In this document: one piece after another, positions 8,527 through 17,194 of the stretch
How the letters are laid out: every line of letters starts with the position of its first letter
Position numbering within the stretch: the stretch's first letter is position 1
UHGV virus genome: UHGV-1632499
Length of the DNA: 25,341 bases
Source of the DNA: a virus
Strand: one strand, 5' to 3'
Notes under the pieces: generated by a model
Seen by the model: the letters and a program-made list of their open reading frames with translations, nothing else
The model's database searches: none
What the model was told of the DNA's origin: nothing
Translations under genes and position numbers: made by a program

Positions 8527-9154
8527 TGTACCGCTGAGTCTGAAATCTGTCAGTGACTCCGGTGAGTTTGAAGGGTATGGCTCCGTCTTTGGTGTAAAGG
8601 ACAGCCACGATGATGTGGTGATGTCCGGGGCATTTGCTGCTTCCCTGCGGGCGTGGAGTGACAGAAAAGCGTTACCTGCGCTGCTCTGGCAGCACCGCAT
8701 GGATGAACCCATCGGTGTTTACACCGAAATGAAGGAAGACGATGTCGGGCTTTACGTCAGGGGACGGTTGCTTATTGATGATGATCCCCTCGCAAAACGC
8801 GCACATGCACACATGAAGGCCGGTTCGTTAACCGGCCTTTCTATTGGGTACGTCCTGAAAGACTGGGAATACGACCGGAGCAAAGAAGCCTTTCTGCTGA
8901 AAGAAATCGACCTCTGGGAAGTCAGCCTGGTGACGTTCCCGTCTAACGACGAGGCGCGGATCAGCGACGTCAAGAACGCACTGGCCCGCGGGGAAATCCC
9001 CGAACAGAAAAAAATCGAAAGAGTCCTGCGTGATGTAGGACTCTCCCGTACCCAGGCCAAAGCATTCATGGCCGGGGGCTATGGCGCACTGTCCCTGCGC
9101 GACGCTGAGGATGTGGGCTCTGCACTGAATGCACTGAAAAATCTGAACTTCTAA
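8504..9154 (+). CDS. Prohead maturation protease (HK97 gp4-like)
   Basis: Lies between portal and major capsid. ORF track starts at 8468; the ATG at 8504 has a better RBS (AAGGA). Family assignment by position and recalled similarity. Confidence 0.85.
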   Translation: MQTKQRLDVPLSLKSVSDSGEFEGYGSVFGVKDSHDDVVMSGAFAASLRAWSDRKALPALLWQHRMDEPIGVYTEMKEDDVGLYVRGRLLIDDDPLAKRAHAHMKAGSLTGLSIGYVLKDWEYDRSKEAFLLKEIDLWEVSLVTFPSNDEARISDVKNALARGEIPEQKKIERVLRDVGLSRTQAKAFMAGGYGALSLRDAEDVGSALNALKNLNF

Positions 9155-9168
9155 TCAGGAGAAATACG

Positions 9169-10374
9169 ATGGCGGTTGATATTAAAGATGTCGAACAGGT
9201 CGCGCAGGAGCTGCAGCAGAAGTTTGACGACTTCAAAGCAAAGAACGACAAGCGCGTGGATGCGATTGAGCAGGAAAAAGGCAAGCTTGCCGGGCAGGTG
9301 GAAACCCTGAACGGGAAACTCAGCGAGCTGGAAAACCTCAAAAGCGATCTTGAAAAAGAGCTGCTTGAGCTGAAACGTCCGGCAGGTGGTGCGCAAAATA
9401 AACTGGCCACCGAGCATAAAGAAGCGTTTGTGGGCTTCCTGCGTAAAGGCCGTGAAGATGGTCTGCGCGATCTGGAACGCAAGGCATTACAGGTGGGCAC
9501 CGATGAAGACGGCGGCTATGCCGTGCCGGAAGCACTGGATCGCAACATTCTCACCCTGCTGAAAGATGAAGTGGTGATGCGCCAGGAAGCCACGGTGATC
9601 ACCGTTGGTGGTTCCGACTACAAAAAACTGGTGAATCTGGGCGGCACGGCTTCCGGATGGGTTGGCGAGACTGACGCGCGCTCCCAGACTGCCACCTCAA
9701 AACTGGGCCTGATTGAACCTTTCATGGGGGAAATCTACGGTAACCCGCAGGCCACCCAGAAAATGCTGGATGATGCCTTTTTCAACGTGGAAGCATGGAT
9801 CAACAGCGAGCTGGCAACCGAATTTGCCGAACAGGAAGAAATTGCCTTTACCACCGGCAATGGTACCAAGAAGCCGAAAGGGTTCCTGGCGTATGAATCC
9901 ACGGATGAAACCGATAAGGTCCGGGCGTTCGGCAAACTTCAGCATATTGTATCCGGCGACGCGACGGCGGTGACCGCAGACGCCATTATCAAACTGATTT
10001 ACACGCTGCGTAAGGCACACCGCACCGGCGCGAAGTTTATGATGAACAACAACAGCCTGTTTGCCATCCGTCTGCTGAAAGACACCGAGGGTAACTATCT
10101 GTGGCGTCCGGGGCTGGAACTGGGGCAGCCGTCCTCTCTGGCGGGTTACGGTATCGCTGAAAACGAACAGATGCCGGATATCGCCGCTGATGCGAAAGCC
10201 ATTGCATTTGGTAACTTCAAACGGGGTTACACCATCGTTGACCGTATCGGCACCCGCATTCTGCGTGACCCGTACACCAATAAACCGTTTGTCGGTTTTT
10301 ATACCACCAAGCGCACCGGCGGGATGCTGGTCGATTCGCAGGCCATCAAACTGCTGAAGATTGCAGCGGCGTAA
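9169..10374 (+). CDS. Major capsid protein (HK97 fold) with N-terminal coiled-coil delta/scaffolding domain
   Basis: 401 aa. The N-terminal roughly 100 aa are coiled-coil-like (QELQQKFDDFKAKNDKRVDAIEQEKGKLAGQVETLNGKLSELENLKSDLEKELLELK), followed by a capsid body. AGGAG RBS. Confidence 0.9.
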   Translation: MAVDIKDVEQVAQELQQKFDDFKAKNDKRVDAIEQEKGKLAGQVETLNGKLSELENLKSDLEKELLELKRPAGGAQNKLATEHKEAFVGFLRKGREDGLRDLERKALQVGTDEDGGYAVPEALDRNILTLLKDEVVMRQEATVITVGGSDYKKLVNLGGTASGWVGETDARSQTATSKLGLIEPFMGEIYGNPQATQKMLDDAFFNVEAWINSELATEFAEQEEIAFTTGNGTKKPKGFLAYESTDETDKVRAFGKLQHIVSGDATAVTADAIIKLIYTLRKAHRTGAKFMMNNNSLFAIRLLKDTEGNYLWRPGLELGQPSSLAGYGIAENEQMPDIAADAKAIAFGNFKRGYTIVDRIGTRILRDPYTNKPFVGFYTTKRTGGMLVDSQAIKLLKIAAA

Positions 10375-10381
10375 TCACTCA

Positions 10382-10401
10382 GGGGCGCGGAACCGCGCCC
10401 C
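10382..10401 (+). terminator. GC-rich hairpin after the major capsid gene; likely partial terminator or attenuator
   Basis: GGGGCGCGG, AA, CCGCGCCCC: a perfect 9-bp stem immediately after the capsid stop, with only a weak U-tract (CTGTTCTG). Confidence 0.4.
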
Positions 10402-10423
10402 CTGTTCTGACGGGTGAAGAATC

Positions 10424-10624
10424 ATGATCCTGAAACAAGATCTGAAATGGTCACCGGACGGTATGCGTGTTGAGGTCATTCGGGCCGGTGAGTATGACGA
10501 CGGGGCGCTTCCTGCCCGGGTGCAGGAGATTGCACTTCAGGCCGGGTTAGCAGAGCGCGGAACCAGTGCAAAAAGCAGTAAAGCGACAAAAGAGAAAAAA
10601 GCCACGACCAGTAAAGAGGGCTGA
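10424..10624 (+). CDS. Small hypothetical head-associated protein
   Basis: 66-aa ORF in operon register between capsid and connector genes, with a Lys/Ser/Thr-rich tail. Confidence 0.45.
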   Translation: MILKQDLKWSPDGMRVEVIRAGEYDDGALPARVQEIALQAGLAERGTSAKSSKATKEKKATTSKEG

Positions 10625-10626
10625 GT

Positions 10627-10950
10627 ATGCTTCTGACAATGGAAGAGATTAAAGCCCAACTCCGGCTGGATGAGGATTTCGATGCTGATGACCGCCATCT
10701 GCAACTGCTGGCCTGTGCGGCACAAAAGCGGACGGAAACGTATCTGAACCGGAAGCTCTATGCACCGGATGAAACCATTCCGGACAGCGATCCGGACGGG
10801 CTGCACCTGCCGGATGATATTCGTCTGGGGATGCTGATGCTTATCAGCCATTTTTACGAAAACCGCTCGTCGGTTACGGAAGTGGAGAAACTCGACATGC
10901 CGCAGAGTTTTGGCTGGCTTGTCGGCCCGTACAGGTACTTTCCGCAATGA
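10627..10950 (+). CDS. Head-tail connector protein (gp6-like)
   Basis: 107 aa, position after the capsid gene, ATGA-type overlap with the next gene. Assignment by position and size. Confidence 0.6.
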   Translation: MLLTMEEIKAQLRLDEDFDADDRHLQLLACAAQKRTETYLNRKLYAPDETIPDSDPDGLHLPDDIRLGMLMLISHFYENRSSVTEVEKLDMPQSFGWLVGPYRYFPQ

Positions 10951-11357
10951 AAATTCGTCAGGCGCAGACCAGCGCAACCTACATTCTGCCGGACCCCGGT
11001 GAACTGAATAAACGCGTCCTGATCCGCCAGCGGGTGGATATGCCCGCGGATAACTTTGGCGTGGAGCCTCAATACCCGGTTACGTTCCGGACATGGGCGA
11101 AGGTTATCCAGACCAGTGCCACCACCTGGCAGGAAACCGCGCAGACCGGGGACGCCATCACCCATTACATCACCATTCGTTACCGCCGGGGGATCACTGC
11201 TGATTATGAGGTGGTCTGTGATGACAGTGTGTACCGGGTGAAACGTCAGCGTGATCTGAACGGGGCGCGGCGCTTTCTGCTGCTGGAGTGTACGGAGCTG
11301 GGCGAATGTAGGCAGAGTCACGGAGGCAGCAATGGCGACTCCCTTTTTTCACGTTGA
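10947..11357 (+). CDS. Head closure or head-tail adaptor protein
   Basis: 136 aa, translationally coupled (ATGA overlap) in the head-tail joining block. Confidence 0.6.
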   Translation: MKIRQAQTSATYILPDPGELNKRVLIRQRVDMPADNFGVEPQYPVTFRTWAKVIQTSATTWQETAQTGDAITHYITIRYRRGITADYEVVCDDSVYRVKRQRDLNGARRFLLLECTELGECRQSHGGSNGDSLFSR

Positions 11358-11838
11358 TGTTCAGCAGCCCGCCGAGATGCGCTTTAACCGCGCCCGTGTC
11401 CGGCGGGCGTTTGTCATGATTGGGCAGCGTCATATGCGTGATGCCCGTCGGCTGGTGATGCGCCGTGCGCGGTCGGCACCGGGTGAAAACCCCGGTTATC
11501 AGACCGGACGCCTGGCTCGTTCGATTGGTTATATGGTGCCGAGAGCCAGTAAAAAGCGAGCCGGTTTTATGACACGCATTGCCCCTAACCAGCGCAACGG
11601 GAAGGGGAACCGGATGATCTCTGGTGACTTCTATCCGGCGTTTCTGTTTTTTGGTGTCCGGGGAGGAGCAAAACGTCGTCGCAGTCATCATCGTGGTGCA
11701 TCCGGTGGCAGCGGCTGGCGACTGGCTCCACGTAATAACTTCATGGTGGAAACTCTTGAAAAGAACCGCAGCTGGACACGCTATTTTCTGGCGCGGGAAT
11801 TGCGTAAATCACTGAAGCCGGAGCGACGACACAGATGA
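11332..11838 (+). CDS. Neck or tail-component protein (HK97 gp10-like)
   Basis: 168 aa, GGAGG RBS, start overlaps the preceding gene. Confidence 0.6.
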   Translation: MATPFFHVDVQQPAEMRFNRARVRRAFVMIGQRHMRDARRLVMRRARSAPGENPGYQTGRLARSIGYMVPRASKKRAGFMTRIAPNQRNGKGNRMISGDFYPAFLFFGVRGGAKRRRSHHRGASGGSGWRLAPRNNFMVETLEKNRSWTRYFLARELRKSLKPERRHR

Positions 11839-12395
11839 AACTGACGCCTGTTATTGCTGCGCTGCGTGCCCGCTGCCCGTATTTTGAAAACCGGGTGGCA
11901 GGCGCGGCACAGTTCAAAAATCTGCCGGAGGTCGGAAAGCTGAGACTCCCGGCGGCGTATGTGGTACCGGGTGATGACTCTCCGGGAGAAAACAAAAGCC
12001 AGACCGACTACTGGCAGGAGCTGAAAGAGGGCTTCTCCGTGGTTGTCATACTGAGTAACGGGCGTGATGAGCGCGGTCAGTTTGCCTCGTATGATGTGGT
12101 GGACGATGTCCGGCAGATGCTCTTTAAGGCCCTGCTGGGCTGGAACCCGGAAGCGTGCGGTAACCCGATTACCTATGACGGCGGCACGCTGCTGGATCTG
12201 AATCGTCATGAGCTGATTTATCAGTTCGATTTTTCGGTCATCAGCGAGCTGACTGAAGACGATACCCGCCAGCAGGATGATCTGAACAGTCTGGATGAAC
12301 TACAAACGCTGGCGATTGATGTTGATTATCTCGAGCCCGGTAACGGGCCTGACGGCGATATCGAACATCACACCGAAATAACCCTTCCTTCCTGA
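11835..12395 (+). CDS. Tail completion or terminator-like protein
   Basis: 186 aa, ATGA overlap with the upstream gene, just before the sheath gene. Confidence 0.55.
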   Translation: MKLTPVIAALRARCPYFENRVAGAAQFKNLPEVGKLRLPAAYVVPGDDSPGENKSQTDYWQELKEGFSVVVILSNGRDERGQFASYDVVDDVRQMLFKALLGWNPEACGNPITYDGGTLLDLNRHELIYQFDFSVISELTEDDTRQQDDLNSLDELQTLAIDVDYLEPGNGPDGDIEHHTEITLPS

Positions 12396-12403
12396 GGATC
12401 CTC

Positions 12404-12574
12404 ATGTTTGTCAAACCTGTTAAAGGGCGGTCAGTTCCTGACCCTGCCCGCGGCGACCTTTTGCCCGCCGAAGGGCGAAATGTTGACGAGAACAACTACT
12501 GGCTGCGCCGTGAAGCAGCGGGTGATATCCGGCGCGTGAATAAAAAGGTGAACACCGATGACGATAAGTTTTAA
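12404..12574 (+). CDS. Small conserved protein preceding the tail sheath (DUF2635-like)
   Basis: 56-aa ORF absent from the ORF track (under 60 aa): MFVKPVKGRSVPDPARGDLLPAEGRNVDENNYWLRREAAGDIRRVNKKVNTDDDKF. GAGGA RBS at 12395-12399. Resembles the small protein I recall upstream of Mu-like sheath genes. Its 3' end overlaps the sheath start. Confidence 0.5.
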   Translation: MFVKPVKGRSVPDPARGDLLPAEGRNVDENNYWLRREAAGDIRRVNKKVNTDDDKF

Positions 12575-14054
12575 CACCATTCCGTCGAATACGCTGGTTC
12601 CGCTGTTTTATGCGGAAATGGATAACCAGGCGGCGAATACTGCACAGGACAGCGGAGCATCGCTGCTGATTGGTCATGCCAATAACGGTGCAGAGATTGT
12701 TGCCAACAGTCTGGTACTGATGCCGTCGGCAGACTATGCACGCCAGATTTGTGGTGCGGGAAGTCAGCTGGCGCGTATGGTCGAGGCTTATCGCCAGACT
12801 GACCCGTTTGGCGAGCTGTATGTGATTGCCGTTCCTGAATCCACAGGCGCGGCGGCAACGGTTACGCTGACGGTGACCGGGGCGGCAACCGAAACCGGCA
12901 CGGTGAATGTGTATGTGGGACGTACCCGCGTGCAGGCTCCGGTGACCAACGGCGATAACGTCACGACGATTGCCAGCAGTATCCAGGATGCCATCAATGC
13001 CGTTCCGGCCCTGCCGTTTACGGCTTCATCTTCGGCAGGCGTGGTCACACTGACCGCGCGTCATAAGGGGCTTTGCGGGAATGAAATTCCTGTCAGCCTC
13101 AATTACTACGGCTTTGGTGGGGGCGAAGTGCTGCCAGCGGGCGTACAGATTGCCGTGGCGACGGGTACCGCCGGAACGGGTGCTCCGGTTCTCACCGGCG
13201 CGGTGGCTGCAATGGCGGATGAGCCGTTTGATTATATCGGCCTGCCGTTCAACGACACGGCCTCCGTTAACACGCTGGTGACCGAGATGAACGATACCAG
13301 CGGTCGCTGGAGCTATGCGCGTCAGCTGTATGGTCATGTGTATACGGCAAAGATCGGCACGCTGTCAGAACTGGTGACCGCAGGTGACCAGTTTAACCAG
13401 CAGCACATTACCCTGGCGGGGTACGAAAAAGAGACTCAGACGCCTGCCGACGAACTGGCGGCAAGCCGTACCGCCCGCGCAGCGGTGTTTATTCGCAACG
13501 ATCCGGCACGTCCCACGCAGACCGGTGAGCTGGTGGGTATGCTGCCTGCGCCGAAGGGGAAACGGTTCACGATGACCGAACAACAGACCCTGCTGTCTCA
13601 TGGCGTGGCAACGGCGTATGTCGAAAGCGGGGTACTGCGCATTCAGCGTGATGTCACCACGTACAGGAAAAACGCTTACGGGGTTGCGGATAACAGCTAC
13701 CTAGACAGTGAGACTCTGCATACCAGCGCGTATGTACTGCGCAAACTGAAATCCGTCATTACCAGTAAGTACGGGCGTCACAAGCTTGCCAGTGACGGTA
13801 CCCGCTTTGGTCCCGGTCAGGCGATTGTCACCCCGGCGGTGATCAAAGGGGAACTGCTGGCAACCTACCGTCAGCTTGAGCGTGCGGGGATCGTGGAAAA
13901 CTACGAACTGTTTAAGCAGTACCTGGTTGTGGAGCGTGATGCCAGCGATCCGAACCGCCTGAACACGCTGTTCCCGCCTGACTATGTTAACCAGTTGCGT
14001 GTCTTTGCCGTGGTTAACCAGTTCCGTCTTCAGTATTCAGAGGAGTCCGCATAA
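12558..14054 (+). CDS. Contractile tail sheath protein (Mu gpL-like)
   Basis: 498 aa, directly upstream of the tube gene; size and order typical of Mu-like myovirus tails. Confidence 0.85.
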   Translation: MTISFNTIPSNTLVPLFYAEMDNQAANTAQDSGASLLIGHANNGAEIVANSLVLMPSADYARQICGAGSQLARMVEAYRQTDPFGELYVIAVPESTGAAATVTLTVTGAATETGTVNVYVGRTRVQAPVTNGDNVTTIASSIQDAINAVPALPFTASSSAGVVTLTARHKGLCGNEIPVSLNYYGFGGGEVLPAGVQIAVATGTAGTGAPVLTGAVAAMADEPFDYIGLPFNDTASVNTLVTEMNDTSGRWSYARQLYGHVYTAKIGTLSELVTAGDQFNQQHITLAGYEKETQTPADELAASRTARAAVFIRNDPARPTQTGELVGMLPAPKGKRFTMTEQQTLLSHGVATAYVESGVLRIQRDVTTYRKNAYGVADNSYLDSETLHTSAYVLRKLKSVITSKYGRHKLASDGTRFGPGQAIVTPAVIKGELLATYRQLERAGIVENYELFKQYLVVERDASDPNRLNTLFPPDYVNQLRVFAVVNQFRLQYSEESA

Positions 14055-14410
14055 TGGCCCGTATCGGGGGAACCTGTTATTTCAAAATTGACGGTCAGCA
14101 GCTATCGCTGACCGGCGGCATTGAGGTGCCCATGAACAGGACGGTCAATGATGACATCATCGGCCTGGACGGTTCAGTGGACCGCAAGGAAACTCACCGT
14201 GCGCCTTATGTTAAAGGGACCTTCAAGGTGCCGAAGAATTTTCCGGTGAGCAAAATCACCTCGTCTGATGAGATGACCATCACTGCCGAGCTGGCGAACG
14301 GTCAGGTCTATGTACTGTCGTCTGCCTGGCTGCACGGCGAAGCGAACCATAATGCCGAAGAAGGCACGGTTGATCTTGAGTTCCACGGTGAAGAAGGGGA
14401 TTACCAGTAA
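14054..14410 (+). CDS. Tail tube protein (Mu gpM-like)
   Basis: 118 aa, translationally coupled after the sheath gene. Confidence 0.8.
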   Translation: MARIGGTCYFKIDGQQLSLTGGIEVPMNRTVNDDIIGLDGSVDRKETHRAPYVKGTFKVPKNFPVSKITSSDEMTITAELANGQVYVLSSAWLHGEANHNAEEGTVDLEFHGEEGDYQ

Positions 14411-14679
14411 TGAAAGAGCTTGAGTTAAAGAAACCGATTACTGCTCATGGCGAGACACTCTCCGTACTTGAGTTTGATGAGCCCACCGGGAAAGATGTCC
14501 GCGAACTGGGGTATCCCTACCAGATGAATCAGGATGAGTCAGTCAGACTTCTGGCGCATGTGGTGTCGAAATACATTGTGCGGCTGGCGAAAGTGCCGCA
14601 AAGCTCTGTCGACCAGATGTCTCCGGCAGACCTGAATGCAGCGGCGTGGCTTGTGGCTGGTTTTTTCCTCCAGGCCTGA
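14410..14679 (+). CDS. Tail assembly chaperone, short form
   Basis: 89-aa ORF immediately upstream of the tape measure, ending just after a slippery heptamer. Confidence 0.7.
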   Translation: MKELELKKPITAHGETLSVLEFDEPTGKDVRELGYPYQMNQDESVRLLAHVVSKYIVRLAKVPQSSVDQMSPADLNAAAWLVAGFFLQA

Positions 14680-14828
14680 CGGCTGAATACCTCACTGATC
14701 GCTTCTTTGACTGCGCCAGCTACTGGCGCATTAATCCCTTCGAATTGCTGAATATGCCGATCAGTGAAATTCCCTTGCTGGTCAGTCAGGCAAACAGGAT
14801 AGAGCAGGAGAAACGCACACATGGCTGA
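14410..14828 (+). CDS. Tail assembly chaperone, long form made by programmed -1 ribosomal frameshift
   Basis: Slippery heptamer T TTT TTC at 14661-14667 in the zero frame. The -1 frame (ORF 14646..14828) stays open to 14828, overlapping the tape measure start. This is the conserved chaperone arrangement upstream of tape measure genes. Confidence 0.55.
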
Positions 14829-16653
14829 ATTTGAGCTTAAGGCGTTGATCACCGGTGTCGACAGGCTTTCTCCCGCGCTGTCGAAAATGCAAAAGAAAAT
14901 CCGGGGATTTAAATGCCAGGCGGAAGAAGCGTCACAGGGTGGGCTGGCGCTTGGTGGAGGACTGGCAGCGGGGCTGACGCTTTCCCTGAAATCTTATGCC
15001 GATCAGGAAAACGCCGCTACCGGGCTGAAAGTCGCCATGATGGATGCGAACGGCGAGGTTGGAAAGAGCTTTCAGGACATCAATAAACTGGCTATTGGCC
15101 TGGGTAACCAGCTACCCGGTACAACGGCTGATTTCCAGAACATGATGCAGATGCTGGTGCGTCAGGGGATCCCGGCAGAAAACATTCTGGGTGGTGTGGG
15201 TAAAGCGACAGCTTATCTTGCGGTACAACTGAAAAAAACACCGGAAGCGGCTGCTGAGTTTGCTGCAAAGATGCAGGATGCTACCGGAACGGCGTCAGAA
15301 GACATGATGGGGCTGTTCGACACTATCCAGAAGGCGTTTTATCTGGGCGTTGACGATACCAACATGTTGTCCTTCTTCACTAAAACCAGTTCTGTTCTGA
15401 AGATGGTGAACAAGGACGGTCTTCAGGCTGCACAGAGCCTTGCCCCCATCAGCGTCATGATGGATCAGATGGGGATGAACGGGGAGTCGGCAGGTAATGC
15501 CCTGCGAAAAGTTATCCAGTCCGGATTAAGTGTTAAGAAAATCAGGGACGTCAATAAAGTCATGGCCCGCCAGAAACTCGGGGTACAGCTCGATTTTACT
15601 GACGGCAAAGGAAGTTTTGGCGGTCTTGATAACATGTTCAGGCAACTGGCAAAGTTGCGAAAACTGACCGACGTTAAGCGAACAGGCGTACTTAAGGCAA
15701 TATTTGGTGATGATGCCGAAACCCTTCAGGTGGTCAATGCCCTGATCGATAAAGGAAAGGATGGCTACGATCAGATCCAGCAGAAGATGAATAAACAGGC
15801 CAGCCTGAATAAACGTGTTCAGGCTCAGCTTGGTACGCTGTCCAACCTGTGGGAGGCAATGACGGGGACCGCAACTAACGGTCTTGCAGCTATTGGCGGC
15901 GCATTTTCTGGTGACGCTAAAAATATCACGCAATGGCTGGGGGAGTTGGGGGAAAAATTCACGAAGTTTGCGGATGAAAATCCCCGGGTTATTCGCGGCG
16001 TCGTCGGGCTTGCTGCCGGTCTTGCGATTCTGAAACTGGGATTGATGGGCGTTGGCGGTGCCATCAGTATTGTCAGCAGGATCATGTCGATGACGCCGAT
16101 TGGCATGATTGCGACGGCGATAGCCCTGGCTGCGGGATTAATTATCACTAACTGGGATGTTGTCGGACCTTATTTTAAGAAACTCTGGGAAACCATTGGT
16201 CCTTATTTTGAGGCTGGCTGGGAACTCCTTAAGAAAGTTTTTGCCTGGTCGCCGCTGGGGATGGTGATCAATAACTGGGGGCCGGTTGTTAAGTGGTTTC
16301 AGGATATGTGGGACAAGCTGAAGCCAATTATTGAGTGGTTTACCGACAGTTCCGGTGACACGGTCGATGCCATTAACTCTGCGCAGTGGGGCGCGGGTGC
16401 TTATGATGCTTATGGGGCGGGAATACCGACGCGGGGATACACACCTTATCCGGCGGTAGATCCGGCTCAGTCAAACAACGCCTCCGATGCCACAGGCCCG
16501 AATCCCTTCATGATTAACAAAGCTATCGCGCCAAAAGTTGATGGCGAGATCAAGGTTTCATTTATGAATATGCCACCAGGTATGCGGGTTACGGAAACAC
16601 GTTCCAGTGGCATTGATATTAATCACGATGTTGGGTACACCAGATTTAGGTAA
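14821..16653 (+). CDS. Tail tape measure protein
   Basis: 610 aa, alpha-helical and Ala/Gly-rich, with a hydrophobic segment (VVGLAAGLAILKLGLMGVGGAISIV) and a Trp-rich C-terminal region. Follows the chaperone pair. Confidence 0.9.
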   Translation: MAEFELKALITGVDRLSPALSKMQKKIRGFKCQAEEASQGGLALGGGLAAGLTLSLKSYADQENAATGLKVAMMDANGEVGKSFQDINKLAIGLGNQLPGTTADFQNMMQMLVRQGIPAENILGGVGKATAYLAVQLKKTPEAAAEFAAKMQDATGTASEDMMGLFDTIQKAFYLGVDDTNMLSFFTKTSSVLKMVNKDGLQAAQSLAPISVMMDQMGMNGESAGNALRKVIQSGLSVKKIRDVNKVMARQKLGVQLDFTDGKGSFGGLDNMFRQLAKLRKLTDVKRTGVLKAIFGDDAETLQVVNALIDKGKDGYDQIQQKMNKQASLNKRVQAQLGTLSNLWEAMTGTATNGLAAIGGAFSGDAKNITQWLGELGEKFTKFADENPRVIRGVVGLAAGLAILKLGLMGVGGAISIVSRIMSMTPIGMIATAIALAAGLIITNWDVVGPYFKKLWETIGPYFEAGWELLKKVFAWSPLGMVINNWGPVVKWFQDMWDKLKPIIEWFTDSSGDTVDAINSAQWGAGAYDAYGAGIPTRGYTPYPAVDPAQSNNASDATGPNPFMINKAIAPKVDGEIKVSFMNMPPGMRVTETRSSGIDINHDVGYTRFR

Positions 16654-16685
16654 AGACGAACAGGGAGGGTCGCCCCCCCCTGAAC

Positions 16686-17132
16686 TTACTGTGCGAACAC
16701 GCAATTTCGGCCTGATGGGGAGCCGACAATTCTGGACATTTTTTCGCAAATAACAGTTACTTGTTCTCCTTTTTTAAGAGCAGCAGCTGTTGATTTTTCA
16801 GAGTCTTGCATCTCCATTCTTGCTGGCATGAATTCATTTTCAGTTCTGAATTTAATAATTATAGAGTCAGTAAAGTCCTTATCAATGGATTGTACGATAC
16901 CTCTAACGGCGATTAATTTACCTTTTAACTGTTCATCGGTAGCGACTTCATTTTCTTCATACTCTTTAAACAGCTGTCGAGCAGTAGTGTTGTAGATTTC
17001 TTTTTGCGGTGCCGCAGCTTCCGTATCGGATGAGTATGAAGAATTAGAGCCTTTATCGTTATTGCCTGCAAAATATCCAATAATCACCAACCCGATGAAA
17101 ATATATAAAATCCATTTTAATAATTTCTTCAT
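16686..17132 (-). CDS. Membrane-anchored OB-fold-like protein (tRNA_anti-like family resemblance); antisense cargo gene inside the tail operon
   Basis: N-terminal signal anchor MKKLLKWILYIFIGLVIIGYFAG, then a soluble domain with KGKLIAVRGIVQSIDKDFTDSIIIKF...KGEQVTVICEKM, which resembles tRNA_anti-like OB-fold proteins as I recall them. AT-rich. AAGGTGA RBS. The last roughly 15 codons run into GC-rich phage-like sequence. Confidence 0.7.
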   Translation of the reverse strand: MKKLLKWILYIFIGLVIIGYFAGNNDKGSNSSYSSDTEAAAPQKEIYNTTARQLFKEYEENEVATDEQLKGKLIAVRGIVQSIDKDFTDSIIIKFRTENEFMPARMEMQDSEKSTAAALKKGEQVTVICEKMSRIVGSPSGRNCVFAQ

Positions 17133-17194
17133 GTTATCACCTTAATGCTAATAATTTATATAGTTACAAATGGTAATGGCTACCACTACAAATT

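Noticed and set aside
9066-9500. 144-aa Ser/Arg-rich minus-strand ORF (and 9151..9417) overlapping the major capsid gene
   Set aside because: Antisense to a highly confident capsid gene; low-complexity composition typical of shadow ORFs in GC-rich coding DNA.
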